Positions 21,008-30,339 of a stretch of DNA of 64,000 bases are shown here, in pieces. Within the stretch, counting starts at the first letter, position 1. Each line of letters starts with the position of its first letter. A program made the position numbers and the translations under genes. The DNA lies in NCBI GenBank assembly GCA_965267575.1, contig OZ254086.1:2208001-2272000 (forward strand), read 5' to 3'. The notes beneath the pieces were generated by a model that was given only the letters and a program-made list of their open reading frames with translations, made no database searches and was not told the DNA's origin. This DNA is from Calditrichales bacterium (GTDB taxonomy: Bacteria > Calditrichota > Calditrichia > Calditrichales > J004).

Positions 21008-23660
21008 GATTCTGCTGCGACAGCTTAAAAAAGCCAGGCGGGCCTCGGCCAAGGGCGAACTGGATATCGATCTGTTTTTGAATCTGGTTGATAAAACGTA
21101 CCAGGACTATGAGAAGGAACTTCGCCTGCACGATCGCTCCATGAGCCTCGTATCCGAAGAGTTACTCGAGGTAACAGGCCGTCTCGAAGATGAAGCGGCC
21201 CGTTTAAAAGCCATTATGGATAATGTTGCGGACGGTATTATCACGGTTGATAAAGAAGGTGTATGCCGCTCTTTCAATCCTGCCGCGGAAATACTGTTTG
21301 GCTATAAGTCCGGCGAAGTGGTGGGCGAGGGTGTTCAGAGACTGTTTGTAAATGTTCCATCAAATATTGCCCTATTTTTCCGTTACTATCTTTCGGCCTC
21401 AAACCAACCGGAACGGCTGGATGCGGGGCGCCTTATCCAGGGGCTGAGAAAAGACGGCACACGCTTTATTGTCGCTCTCTCCGTCTCCGAGATGTCCGGC
21501 AAAGAGGGTCCGCTCTTCGTCATGTCCGTGCGCGATATTACGCAGCACATCGAAACGGAAAATATTCTTAAAAATATGTCCAGCGGTGTTTCCGCCCATA
21601 CCGGCGAGGCATTCTTTGATGCGCTGGTAAATTACCTTAGCCGCACACTGAAAGTAGGCTACAGTTTTGTGGCCACTTTCTCCAAAGACCGCAGTCAGTA
21701 TGAGATTCTTGTCTCCAACAATACGGACGATATCCCCGCGCACCACGGCTTTCCAATGAATGACAGTCCGCTGGCGCAGATTGAAGGCAGGGGCCTGTTT
21801 AGTTTTCCCCAGGGTATTTGCAGTCTCTTCCCGGAAGACCCGCTTTTGAAAAGCCTGGACTGTGAAGGGTTTGTGGCCATTCCGCTTTATAATTCTGCTT
21901 CCGAATGCATAGGCGCCATCGTGCTGCTGGATAGCAAGCCGCTGGAAAATACCAGGATAAACGACTACATCCTGCATATCTTTGCCAGCAGGGCTGCGGC
22001 GGAGCTGGAACGCATCTACAATGAAGAAGAACTTAAAAAGGCCACGGAACAGGCGCGCGAGGCCAGTATTGCCAAAAGCGAGTTTTTGGCCAATATGAGC
22101 CATGAAATACGCACACCGCTGAACGGCGTCATCGGGATGAACCGGCTGATGTTGGAAACCGAATTGAATGCCGAGCAACTGGAATATGCCGAAACGGTGC
22201 GCCACAGCGCCGAATCCCTGTTGGGCCTGCTAAACGATATTCTGGACTTTTCCAAAATCGAAGCCGGCAAGCTGGAACTGGAATCCGTGGATTTTGACTT
22301 CCGCGAAATGATCAGCAAAACGGCCAAGATCATTGAATTCAAAACAAAAGAAAAGAACCTTGATCTGCATATTGATATAGACCCGCAGATACCGACCCAC
22401 ATAAACGGAGACCCTTCCAGGCTGCGCCAGATCCTGCTAAACCTGCTGGGCAATGCCGTTAAGTTCACAGAGCTGGGCAGCATCACTGTGCGCGTAAAGC
22501 GCCTGCCCTATAAAGGAAGCTTGCAAGCGGACACCGACAGTATTTTGCTGCATTTTTCTGTAACGGATACGGGCATCGGTATTCCCCGTGAAAAACAACG
22601 GCTCATTTTTGAAAGCTTTTCGCAGGCGGACGGCTCCACGTCGCGTAAGTACGGCGGAAGCGGGCTGGGCCTCGCCATCTGCCGCCAGCTTAGCAATATG
22701 ATGGGCGGGAAGATTGGCCTCAAAAGCGAACTGAATGAAGGGTCGGAATTCTGGTTTACCGCAAAGCTGCTGCCTGCCCAGGACACGATGCCGGCCGCAA
22801 ATACAATCAGCAAAGAAACAGAAATGCCGCTAAACGGCGCTGCCGCACTGATTGTAGACAGCGACATAACCAATCGCCGCGTTAAAACACGTTACATGGA
22901 AGGATTCGGTTGTATTTGTGATGAGGCTGCCTCCATGCGCCAGGCGCTTAGCCTGTTGGAGCGTCAAAACAGCGAGGGCGCGGAATACGCATATATAATT
23001 GTCGATCGTATCCTTGGTGATGAAGACGGGCTGGAATTGACCCGCAGGATTTTTGAGCAGGGCAAAAAGGGACAGGCCATGGTGGTTGTGGTTTGTTCTC
23101 AGGGCGATGATATTACTGCCGGTATGCTTCGGCAAGCTTATGCGGACGGTTACCTGTTTAAGCCTATCGAACGTGATGAACTGCTGAAAGTATGCCTGAC
23201 CCGCACGAAGCGGCAAACCGAAAGCGTGTATGTGCGCCAGGAAACAAAACGCATACTGCTTGCAGAAGATAACGCCATAAATCAAAAACTGGCCCGCCGT
23301 ATCCTGGAAAAGCAGGGTTATACGGTAGACGTGGCTGCCAACGGCAAACAGGCCGTAGCCGCCCATGAATGCGGCGATTACGATTTCATTCTGATGGACA
23401 TGCAGATGCCCGAGATGGATGGCCTGGAAGCTACGCGTGCAATTCGTGAAAAAGAGCAGGGCGGGAGCCGTCATGTGCCTGTTATCGCGTTGACGGCAAA
23501 TGCGATGCAGGGAGACAAAGAGAAATGTTTCCGGGCGGGTATGGACAATTACGCCTCGAAGCCGATCGTACCTTCGGAGCTGATGAAAGTAATCAGGTCC
23601 ACGCTTGAGCAAACAAAAAAGGCCGTCACGTGGGACGGCCCTGTAAAGCAGAATAGCTGA
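21000..23660 (+). CDS. Cytoplasmic hybrid sensor histidine kinase (PAS-GAF-HisKA-HATPase-REC-REC)
   Basis: [44 protein letters not shown] 21000 with GGAG upstream. Confidence 0.95.
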   Translation: MHRILLRQLKKARRASAKGELDIDLFLNLVDKTYQDYEKELRLHDRSMSLVSEELLEVTGRLEDEAARLKAIMDNVADGIITVDKEGVCRSFNPAAEILFGYKSGEVVGEGVQRLFVNVPSNIALFFRYYLSASNQPERLDAGRLIQGLRKDGTRFIVALSVSEMSGKEGPLFVMSVRDITQHIETENILKNMSSGVSAHTGEAFFDALVNYLSRTLKVGYSFVATFSKDRSQYEILVSNNTDDIPAHHGFPMNDSPLAQIEGRGLFSFPQGICSLFPEDPLLKSLDCEGFVAIPLYNSASECIGAIVLLDSKPLENTRINDYILHIFASRAAAELERIYNEEELKKATEQAREASIAKSEFLANMSHEIRTPLNGVIGMNRLMLETELNAEQLEYAETVRHSAESLLGLLNDILDFSKIEAGKLELESVDFDFREMISKTAKIIEFKTKEKNLDLHIDIDPQIPTHINGDPSRLRQILLNLLGNAVKFTELGSITVRVKRLPYKGSLQADTDSILLHFSVTDTGIGIPREKQRLIFESFSQADGSTSRKYGGSGLGLAICRQLSNMMGGKIGLKSELNEGSEFWFTAKLLPAQDTMPAANTISKETEMPLNGAAALIVDSDITNRRVKTRYMEGFGCICDEAASMRQALSLLERQNSEGAEYAYIIVDRILGDEDGLELTRRIFEQGKKGQAMVVVVCSQGDDITAGMLRQAYADGYLFKPIERDELLKVCLTRTKRQTESVYVRQETKRILLAEDNAINQKLARRILEKQGYTVDVAANGKQAVAAHECGDYDFILMDMQMPEMDGLEATRAIREKEQGGSRHVPVIALTANAMQGDKEKCFRAGMDNYASKPIVPSELMKVIRSTLEQTKKAVTWDGPVKQNS
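23611..23640 (-). terminator. Probable serA terminator embedded in the 3' end of the convergent kinase gene
   Basis: GGCCGTC-6nt-GACGGCC followed on the minus strand by TTTTTTGTTT. Confidence 0.7.
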
Positions 23661-25262
23661 TTAATTGATCTTGGCTATCAGCACCCTCTGAACACCTTCG
23701 ATCGCCTCCAGTTTGGTCAGCAGGTCGGACTGGAGGTTGCCTTCCACGTTAAACACGTTGAGCGCCGTTTTCTTTTTCGGCAAACGGCTGGAAGACATGT
23801 GGCTGATATTAATATTGACGTTGGCCAGAATGGTACCAACCTGACCGATAACACCGGGCACGTCTTCGTTTTCCACCAGGATCATTTGCCCGCTCAGTTC
23901 GGCGGCCAGCGTGTACTCCCCAAATTCGATCATATGGAATTGATTTTTTCCAAAAAAGCTGCCGGCTACGTGGATTTTTTCGTTGTCCGTTACAAAGTCG
24001 CAAGCGATGGCGTTGGAGTGTACCGTCAACGGTGTGTCCTTTTTTGCCATTTCGATGCTGATGCCGCGCTCCCTGGCAATCGTGAATGCGTTGACAGGGT
24101 TTACGATCTCGATATCCGGGTCTTCGGTTTGCGATTTCATGGCACCCACCAGCAGGTGTGCCGTAATCGGTTCTACCGGGACGCTGAGTACGGTGCCGTA
24201 GTAGCGCACGGAGATTTCCTTGAGCCGGCCGGATTTTATCTGGTTGTAAATGCTGCCCATGCGCTCGGCCATTTCAAAGTAGGGGGCAATAACGGGCTGG
24301 ATTTTTTCATCCACCGAAACAAAGTTGACCGCATGACGGGCCACGTTTTTCTGGAAATACTCGATGATCTGGTCCAAGATCTGGTCGGCCACTTTAACCT
24401 GCGCTTCTTCCGTGCTGGCGCCCAAATGAGGTGTGGCCAGTACTTTTTTGTGTTGCGCCAGTTTGTAGTCTTTGGGCGGCTCGCTGTCGAATACATCGAT
24501 GGCGGCGTGGGCGACTTTGCCGCTGTCCAGCGCGGCAATCAGGTCTTTTTCATTGACGATTCCGCCGCGCGCGCAGTTGACGATCACAACGCCGTCTTTG
24601 CACAATTTCAGATTTTTCGCGCTTATCATATCTATCGTTTGCGGGATCTTGGGGGCGTGCACAGTGATAATATCGGATTGTTCCATAAGCGTGTCGAGAT
24701 CGACCAGCTTGATGCCCAGCCGGGCAGCCGCTTCGCTGGTTATGATCGGGTCATAGCCAATCAGAACCGCCTCGAAGGCCTTCAGTCTTTTGGCCACTTC
24801 GCGTCCGATTTTGCCCAAGCCGATAACGCCGATGGTTTTCTGGTAGATTTCGTTTCCGATGAAGGTTTTGCGGTCCCATTCTCCGCGCAGCATAGAGGCA
24901 TTGGCCGGCGCGATATTGCGCATGGCCGCCAGCATCATCGCCAGTGTATGCTCGGTAGCGGCGATGGTGTTGCCGCCGGGTGTGTTCATTACTACAATGC
25001 CGCGCTTGGTAGCTTCTTCACTGTCGATATTGTCTACACCGGCGCCGGCACGCCCGATGACACTGAGCTTGTGGGCCGCTGCTAAAATATCAGCGGTAAC
25101 CTTGGTGCGGCTGCGGACGATCAGGCCATCATAATCCCTTATCTCTTCTTTCAGATCGTCCATTGAAATGCCGGCTTTGTTGTGCACTTCAATACCGTCT
25201 ACTTTGTCATATTTTGCCAGAATGGCTGTGGGCAGGGAATCGGAAACGAGAATTTTAAACAT
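23661..25262 (-). CDS. serA: D-3-phosphoglycerate dehydrogenase (long form with ACT domain)
   Basis: RAGAGVDNID, GLGKIG, NCARGG, TPHLGAST, C-terminal ACT (DVPGVIG). Confidence 0.96.
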   Translation of the reverse strand: MFKILVSDSLPTAILAKYDKVDGIEVHNKAGISMDDLKEEIRDYDGLIVRSRTKVTADILAAAHKLSVIGRAGAGVDNIDSEEATKRGIVVMNTPGGNTIAATEHTLAMMLAAMRNIAPANASMLRGEWDRKTFIGNEIYQKTIGVIGLGKIGREVAKRLKAFEAVLIGYDPIITSEAAARLGIKLVDLDTLMEQSDIITVHAPKIPQTIDMISAKNLKLCKDGVVIVNCARGGIVNEKDLIAALDSGKVAHAAIDVFDSEPPKDYKLAQHKKVLATPHLGASTEEAQVKVADQILDQIIEYFQKNVARHAVNFVSVDEKIQPVIAPYFEMAERMGSIYNQIKSGRLKEISVRYYGTVLSVPVEPITAHLLVGAMKSQTEDPDIEIVNPVNAFTIARERGISIEMAKKDTPLTVHSNAIACDFVTDNEKIHVAGSFFGKNQFHMIEFGEYTLAAELSGQMILVENEDVPGVIGQVGTILANVNINISHMSSSRLPKKKTALNVFNVEGNLQSDLLTKLEAIEGVQRVLIAKIN

Positions 25263-25332
25263 GATATGCTCCGGTGTTAAAAATGGGTCAAACGGAAATG
25301 TAAAAATAGTCTATAAAACAGGCAAGAATATA

Positions 25333-25360
25333 ACGGGGTATCTCGCTAAAGATACCCCGT
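25333..25360 (-). terminator. Hairpin closing the sulfur operon
   Basis: Perfect 11-bp stem ACGGGGTATCT/AGATACCCCGT, 9 nt after the stop at 25370; weak U-tract. Confidence 0.6.
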
Positions 25361-25369
25361 ATGACGTAT

Positions 25370-26782
25370 TTAAAACGCGAAGCCTAAATCAAAATCCCAT
25401 TGATTCATCTTGAGTTCAATGGTTTGTGCCGGGTCAAAAGGATTGCTGCCTTTCACCGTATTGGAAAAGGCGTGGGTTATCGCAACACTCAGGGCGTTTC
25501 CGCCCAAGTTTTTTGTTGCACCAAATGAAAAATGGTTTTCGTTTACGGCCGGTGCAAGGATATTAAAAATTACGGCCTCTTCCGAAATCGGCTGCTTGCC
25601 AAACGAAAAACCACCGCGCCAGATCCAGTCTGTCGTTGCAGCGTATTCACAGCCGAGCTTTACGATGGTCATATCATCCCAGCCAAATCCGGCCCCGTTT
25701 TCGCTGCCGAGAGGCGCAAAATTAGGATTAGCTACAAATGCATTGCTCGATGCCGGTTGCGTTACATCCGGTACCATTGGCAACATTTTCGCCGGGTCAA
25801 GTCCATTGGCGATCGCCTTAACAGAACTATACTGAATCTCCTTTACATCGGCCATTAAAGTAATTTTTCCCACCGTATAAGAAATACCTGCGGTCCAATT
25901 TGCGGGAATATCAAAATCGCCTTCTTCGGCGAAAAGCCCTTTGTACTCATCAAACGCGCTCATATCAATTTCGGACTGGTAAGCAAGACCGAGTCTCAAA
26001 TTCTCCATAATTTCACCCTGGTAGCCCAGCTTAAAGCCAAATCCCGTGGAAGTACTTTTACCATTGTTGGTGAGCGAACCGCCATTGGCGCCGGCCATAC
26101 CCATATCCCGAAACGCCTGAAGGCCCGTGGCCTCAAACGTTTGGTAAGCAAAAACAGGCGAAAGGCCCAGAGCATGATTTTCAGTTATTTTGCGTGTATA
26201 GCCCGCAGAAACGAAAAGCTGCTCCAGGTTTACGCCGCTGGGGGCCCTTACGTTTGCCATAAAGTTTTGCGGACTTCCCTGGAACATTTGATCTATCGTA
26301 GAACTGTAGAATGTTTTCGCATCATATTCCGTATTCATGCCGCCGTTTCCATACACATTTAGTAAAAACACGTTTTGACCCGCTGTATAGGAAGCGGCCA
26401 GCATTGGTACAAAAAATATCGGATTTTCGCTTTCCACTGTTCCCGGGGTTAAACCCAGCGCCATAAAGCGTCCATCCGTTACGAAATTACCATTGTTGTC
26501 AAAATATCCCCAGTTTTGCGGTGGGGTTGGTGCTCCGCTTATGGTGTATTCTCGATTCGGGTTGAAAAGAGATAATGCCACTTCGAACTTAAAACCGTTA
26601 CCACCCATAAAGGCCGGACCTGCCGGGTTCATAATTGAAGCAGCCGCGGAATTTAGGTAGGCAATACCGGAGCCCGCAAGCCCTTTATTTTGTGTTCCAT
26701 ATCCATTAGAAAAATAGCCGTCCGTTGCAAAAGTGCCCGAGACTGAGAAAATGAGGGCGATAAGTATGGTTCTTTTTTTCAT
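25370..26782 (-). CDS. OmpP1/FadL/TodX-family outer-membrane beta-barrel
   Basis: Signal peptide then TDGYF..GYG, NPAG plug motif, alternating beta strands, C-terminal Phe. Confidence 0.85.
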   Translation of the reverse strand: MKKRTILIALIFSVSGTFATDGYFSNGYGTQNKGLAGSGIAYLNSAAASIMNPAGPAFMGGNGFKFEVALSLFNPNREYTISGAPTPPQNWGYFDNNGNFVTDGRFMALGLTPGTVESENPIFFVPMLAASYTAGQNVFLLNVYGNGGMNTEYDAKTFYSSTIDQMFQGSPQNFMANVRAPSGVNLEQLFVSAGYTRKITENHALGLSPVFAYQTFEATGLQAFRDMGMAGANGGSLTNNGKSTSTGFGFKLGYQGEIMENLRLGLAYQSEIDMSAFDEYKGLFAEEGDFDIPANWTAGISYTVGKITLMADVKEIQYSSVKAIANGLDPAKMLPMVPDVTQPASSNAFVANPNFAPLGSENGAGFGWDDMTIVKLGCEYAATTDWIWRGGFSFGKQPISEEAVIFNILAPAVNENHFSFGATKNLGGNALSVAITHAFSNTVKGSNPFDPAQTIELKMNQWDFDLGFAF

Positions 26783-26820
26783 TTTTTAACCTTTATTCGG
26801 ATAAGAGCGGGGCCTTTTTA

Positions 26821-27285
26821 TCATGTGAATATTATTTGTCCACCCGCGGATACTTCGTAGAATTTACCGACGTTGATAACCTCTTCGGTCTGCTCACAGA
26901 AGTCATCCATGGTAAGTTTGAACATATCCACCGTTGCTTTACAGGCGTAGAGTTTTGCGCCCGCGTCGTGGATCATTTCAACAAATTCTGAAATTGGCGG
27001 TATATCCAGCTTATCCATCTCCTTCTTCATTTGCGAGGTTGCAAAAGCTGACATCCCCGGTATAATCCCCATCAGGGAAGGGATATGCATTGCCGGGTTG
27101 CCCACGGTCGCCACTTTAATTTTGTCCATCCGTTTTTTCATGATGGCTTCCAGGCCAAAAAAAGTAAAGAAGAGGTTGGCTTCTATGCCTTCCATCCGTG
27201 CCCCGTTGGCCATAATCAGGCCCGGGTATACCCCTTCAAGCGAGCCCTTGGAAACAACAATGGATACTTTTTCAATTGCTGACAT
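26821..27285 (-). CDS. DsrE2/DrsE-like sulfur carrier
   Basis: LFFTFFGL, LYACKATVDMF with the conserved Cys. Confidence 0.88.
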   Translation of the reverse strand: MSAIEKVSIVVSKGSLEGVYPGLIMANGARMEGIEANLFFTFFGLEAIMKKRMDKIKVATVGNPAMHIPSLMGIIPGMSAFATSQMKKEMDKLDIPPISEFVEMIHDAGAKLYACKATVDMFKLTMDDFCEQTEEVINVGKFYEVSAGGQIIFT

Positions 27286-27324
27286 GTGATTTCTCCTTAT
27301 TTGGTTCAGCAGAATATTTTTGTT

Positions 27325-27639
27325 TTAAACACAACCTTGCGGCTTCCCAAGCCCGGAAATCTTGGCTGCTTTTTTGGCCGGGCCATTTGGAAACAAGCTG
27401 TAGAGTTCTTTTGTGGGAACACCACCGCTGTTTTTGATGCGGCGTACTGTCGGGATTTGTCCTTTTTCGGAAAAGTCGGAACGCATAAAGCGAATCACGT
27501 CCCAATGGCGGTCTGTCAATTCGATTCCTTCTTCGGATGCCAACTCCGGGGCCATCTCTTCCGTCCAATCCTGGGGGTTGGTTAAAAAACCCTCGTCATT
27601 AACGTCAACGGTCTTTCCTGCGAATGTTTTGCTAGGCAT
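27325..27639 (-). CDS. TusE/DsrC-family sulfur relay protein (single-Cys type)
   Basis: EGFL..W, LT..HW.VI, LYSLFP.GP, C-terminal KPQGCV; the second DsrC cysteine is replaced by Ala. Confidence 0.92.
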   Translation of the reverse strand: MPSKTFAGKTVDVNDEGFLTNPQDWTEEMAPELASEEGIELTDRHWDVIRFMRSDFSEKGQIPTVRRIKNSGGVPTKELYSLFPNGPAKKAAKISGLGKPQGCV

Positions 27640-27640
27640 T

Positions 27641-28345
27641 TTATTGCTCCTTTTTGAGTGTAGTTAATTGTTCTTGTTGTTGGGGTTGTCCTGAGATATT
27701 TTTCACAAATTCGAGCGCAAAATAGAGCCCTCTTTTTACTTCCGGGTCATTTAATTGCCGCAATAGGCGGGTAAGGCTGATATCGCGTTCGATTGCAATA
27801 TCCATATGCTGGAAAAACTGCAGCGCGTTATTAACGCTGCTTAGCATTTGCGGCTGAGTCATGCTTTTTACGGTTAGCAATATGGTTGTAATATTTTCCC
27901 GAAGCAGTTTTACATCCTGCGGGCTAAAAGACGTTACGATCGTATCAATGATCTTTATAAGCTCGCTGCCAAATTCAAAATAGCCCTTTTTGTCCATTTC
28001 ATTCAGGTTATCAAGCAGTTGGTCAAACATCTGCTTACCCAGTGGCTGCAGGTCTGCAAACAGATCGCGCGCTCCCTCAAACTGGTCCATTACCTGGTTT
28101 AAGTTGCGGGTGTTGCGCATCAGTTTTTTTAGCAACAGCAATGCATCTTTGGTTTCAAAGTAAGGGGCAACGTCAGAGAGCTCTTCCACGGCCGAGTCAA
28201 ACATATCTTTGGCGATAAGTGACATGTCCTTTTTTAGCTCATCCATCTCCTGCTGGCGCTTCTGCTGTTCGGCAACGTAGCCGGCCAGCGTGTCCAGCTT
28301 GTTGTTTATATCCTGCAATTGTTGTTCTATGTTGAGGTCTGCCAT
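27641..28345 (-). CDS. DUF1641-like helical protein
   Basis: Coiled-coil protein ending in LLRQLNDPEVKRGL; adjacent to sqr. Confidence 0.75.
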   Translation of the reverse strand: MADLNIEQQLQDINNKLDTLAGYVAEQQKRQQEMDELKKDMSLIAKDMFDSAVEELSDVAPYFETKDALLLLKKLMRNTRNLNQVMDQFEGARDLFADLQPLGKQMFDQLLDNLNEMDKKGYFEFGSELIKIIDTIVTSFSPQDVKLLRENITTILLTVKSMTQPQMLSSVNNALQFFQHMDIAIERDISLTRLLRQLNDPEVKRGLYFALEFVKNISGQPQQQEQLTTLKKEQ

Positions 28346-28347
28346 AT

Positions 28348-29577
28348 TTATACCCTCATCTTTCCGGCCATATTCATTTGTGCTTCTATAGGTAGCTCCG
28401 CTCCTTTCAGCAGCAGGTTCCAGTAAACCCAGCGGAAGGTCATTTTACCCCAGTGGTTCATGCGGGTCTCTTCAAGCAGTGAAAACGGCCCAACACCCGG
28501 AAGCGGGAACTTCCCCGGAAGCGGTTCAACATCATAGTTAAAGTCTATAAGTATCCCTTTGCCAAAACCGGATTCAATAAAACAGTTGGCGTGACCATCA
28601 AAAGAAGCCGCTAGCGGACGGTCTTCGATAAAACGCAGGATGTTTTCGTGTAATACATCCGATTCGAAGTGTGCGACAGAACCGGCTTTGGAGCTGGGCA
28701 GGTCCGTGGCATCACCCAGAACAAATATGTTGTCGTAGTTGAGTGCCTTTAGAGAGCTTTTATCGGTGGGGATGAAGTTCAGGTCATCACCCATGCCGGA
28801 ATCCGCGATAACCTGCGCGCCCATGTTTGTAGGAATCGTTATTAGAAGGTCATAATCGATGGTCTCTTCATCCCAGGAAACGATTTTGTTGCTGCCGCTG
28901 TCAACGCTACCGATGCTGAATTCGGGCTTTAGCTTGATGTTTTTCTTTTCTAGGAAATTTCCCAGAAATTTCGAAGCGACAGGTTTGGTAAACGCCCCGG
29001 GTAAAGGCGTTACATATTCGATTTCCACTTTGTCGCGAATACCTTGTTCGGTAAACCACCAGTCTGCCAGGAAAGCAAATTCCAACGGCGCAACCGGACA
29101 TTTAATAGGCATTTCGGTAATGTTTATCACCATTTTACCACCATCCCAAAACTTTAACCTGCTGGCCAGTGCCGTAGCGCCTTCGATGGTATAGAAATCG
29201 AAAATGTTTTTGTGCCAGGCGCCGTTAACCATACCTTCCGTCTCTTCCGGGTGTACCCGGGCGCCGGTGGCAATTATTAAAAGATCGTAGCCTAAAACAC
29301 GGTTATCCCCAAGTTTAACCTGATTTTTGTCAGGCACGATTTGTTCAATCGGGGCGATTATTACATCAATGTTATGGGGGAGGTAGTCGCGCCGCGGTTT
29401 AACAACATCTTCGCGGTTGTAAATGCCAAAGGGGATAAACAGAAAACCAGGCTGATAATAATGTGTTTCATGTTCATCAACAAGCGTTATGCTCCAATCT
29501 TTGGACAACGTGGGCGCCAATTTGTTAGCCATAATGGTACCCGCGGTACCACCTCCCAAAATAAGTAGTTTTTTCAT
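28348..29577 (-). CDS. sqr: Sulfide:quinone oxidoreductase-family flavoprotein (type III-like)
   Basis: GGGTAG, HYYQPG, PIKCPVAPLE and FDGHANCFIE catalytic Cys motifs. Confidence 0.85.
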   Translation of the reverse strand: MKKLLILGGGTAGTIMANKLAPTLSKDWSITLVDEHETHYYQPGFLFIPFGIYNREDVVKPRRDYLPHNIDVIIAPIEQIVPDKNQVKLGDNRVLGYDLLIIATGARVHPEETEGMVNGAWHKNIFDFYTIEGATALASRLKFWDGGKMVINITEMPIKCPVAPLEFAFLADWWFTEQGIRDKVEIEYVTPLPGAFTKPVASKFLGNFLEKKNIKLKPEFSIGSVDSGSNKIVSWDEETIDYDLLITIPTNMGAQVIADSGMGDDLNFIPTDKSSLKALNYDNIFVLGDATDLPSSKAGSVAHFESDVLHENILRFIEDRPLAASFDGHANCFIESGFGKGILIDFNYDVEPLPGKFPLPGVGPFSLLEETRMNHWGKMTFRWVYWNLLLKGAELPIEAQMNMAGKMRV

Positions 29578-30056
29578 TATGCAATTCCTGCTTTGGTTGT
29601 GGTTTCTTTATTTTCCTTGCGATTATAAATCACCTGTTTAAGTTTTTGACAATTAAACTCGGTGCGGTATACGGGGCAGGCACGGCAATCCGCATTTGTG
29701 CATTTCTCGCCTACTTTACGCAAATGCCAGCATGGTGCCGTGGCCTCATAATAGGCGGGGCAATTTCGGCAATCGTTATCGAGGCCGCCCTTCATCTCCC
29801 AGCAGGGTACCAGGCTCATCAGGCGTTTAATCCCCTGTACATTAAGACCGTGCTCCATAATCATACGGCGAATACATTGCAGTCTTTCCAGGTCGTGCAG
29901 GGAAAAGAGGCGGTGACCAGCGGCGTTTTTTTCTGAGAGAACCAGCCCCTCCTGTTCATAAAAACGAACGGTTTGGACGGTTACATTCAGTTTTTTGGCT
30001 ACCACTCCTATAGTCAGATTGGCGTCGTAGTACCATTCTTTTTCTTCGGGGCTCAT
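29577..30056 (-). CDS. MerR-family regulator with Cys-rich C-terminal domain
   Basis: TIGVVAKKLNVTVQTVRFYEQEGL HTH; CW..CRNCPAY..CW..C....CRACPVY....C. Confidence 0.9.
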   Translation of the reverse strand: MSPEEKEWYYDANLTIGVVAKKLNVTVQTVRFYEQEGLVLSEKNAAGHRLFSLHDLERLQCIRRMIMEHGLNVQGIKRLMSLVPCWEMKGGLDNDCRNCPAYYEATAPCWHLRKVGEKCTNADCRACPVYRTEFNCQKLKQVIYNRKENKETTTKAGIA

Positions 30057-30072
30057 ATTTCATTTTCCTTAT

Positions 30073-30104
30073 ATCTACAATCTAAATTGTAGGTTAGGGG
30101 TCAA
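30073..30104 (-). promoter_or_regulatory. Candidate MerR operator and -35 box
   Basis: Dyad CTACAAT-N4-ATTGTAG (30075-30092) just downstream of minus-strand TTGACC (30099-30104). Confidence 0.55.
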
Positions 30105-30339
30105 AAATATGGCTTGCGTAATTTTTCACAAGCCTAAATTTCATTGATAATTTACGAAATGATTTTGCGAAGTAAACAGTTTTTAGAGTTTTTTGATAAA
30201 AAATTCACAATTACCTGGCGTTTTGTGAAAGGTTGGACAAAATCGCTTTCCTTTTGTATTTTCAAAATTTTGCAAAAAAACACCGCATTAAGCTTTTTAC
30301 CGGGACAATCAGATCTAAAAGACTTTATCAGGAGATAAC

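Noticed and set aside
27325-27639. True DsrC implying dissimilatory sulfite reduction
   Set aside because: Only the terminal Cys is present and there is no dsrAB in the window.
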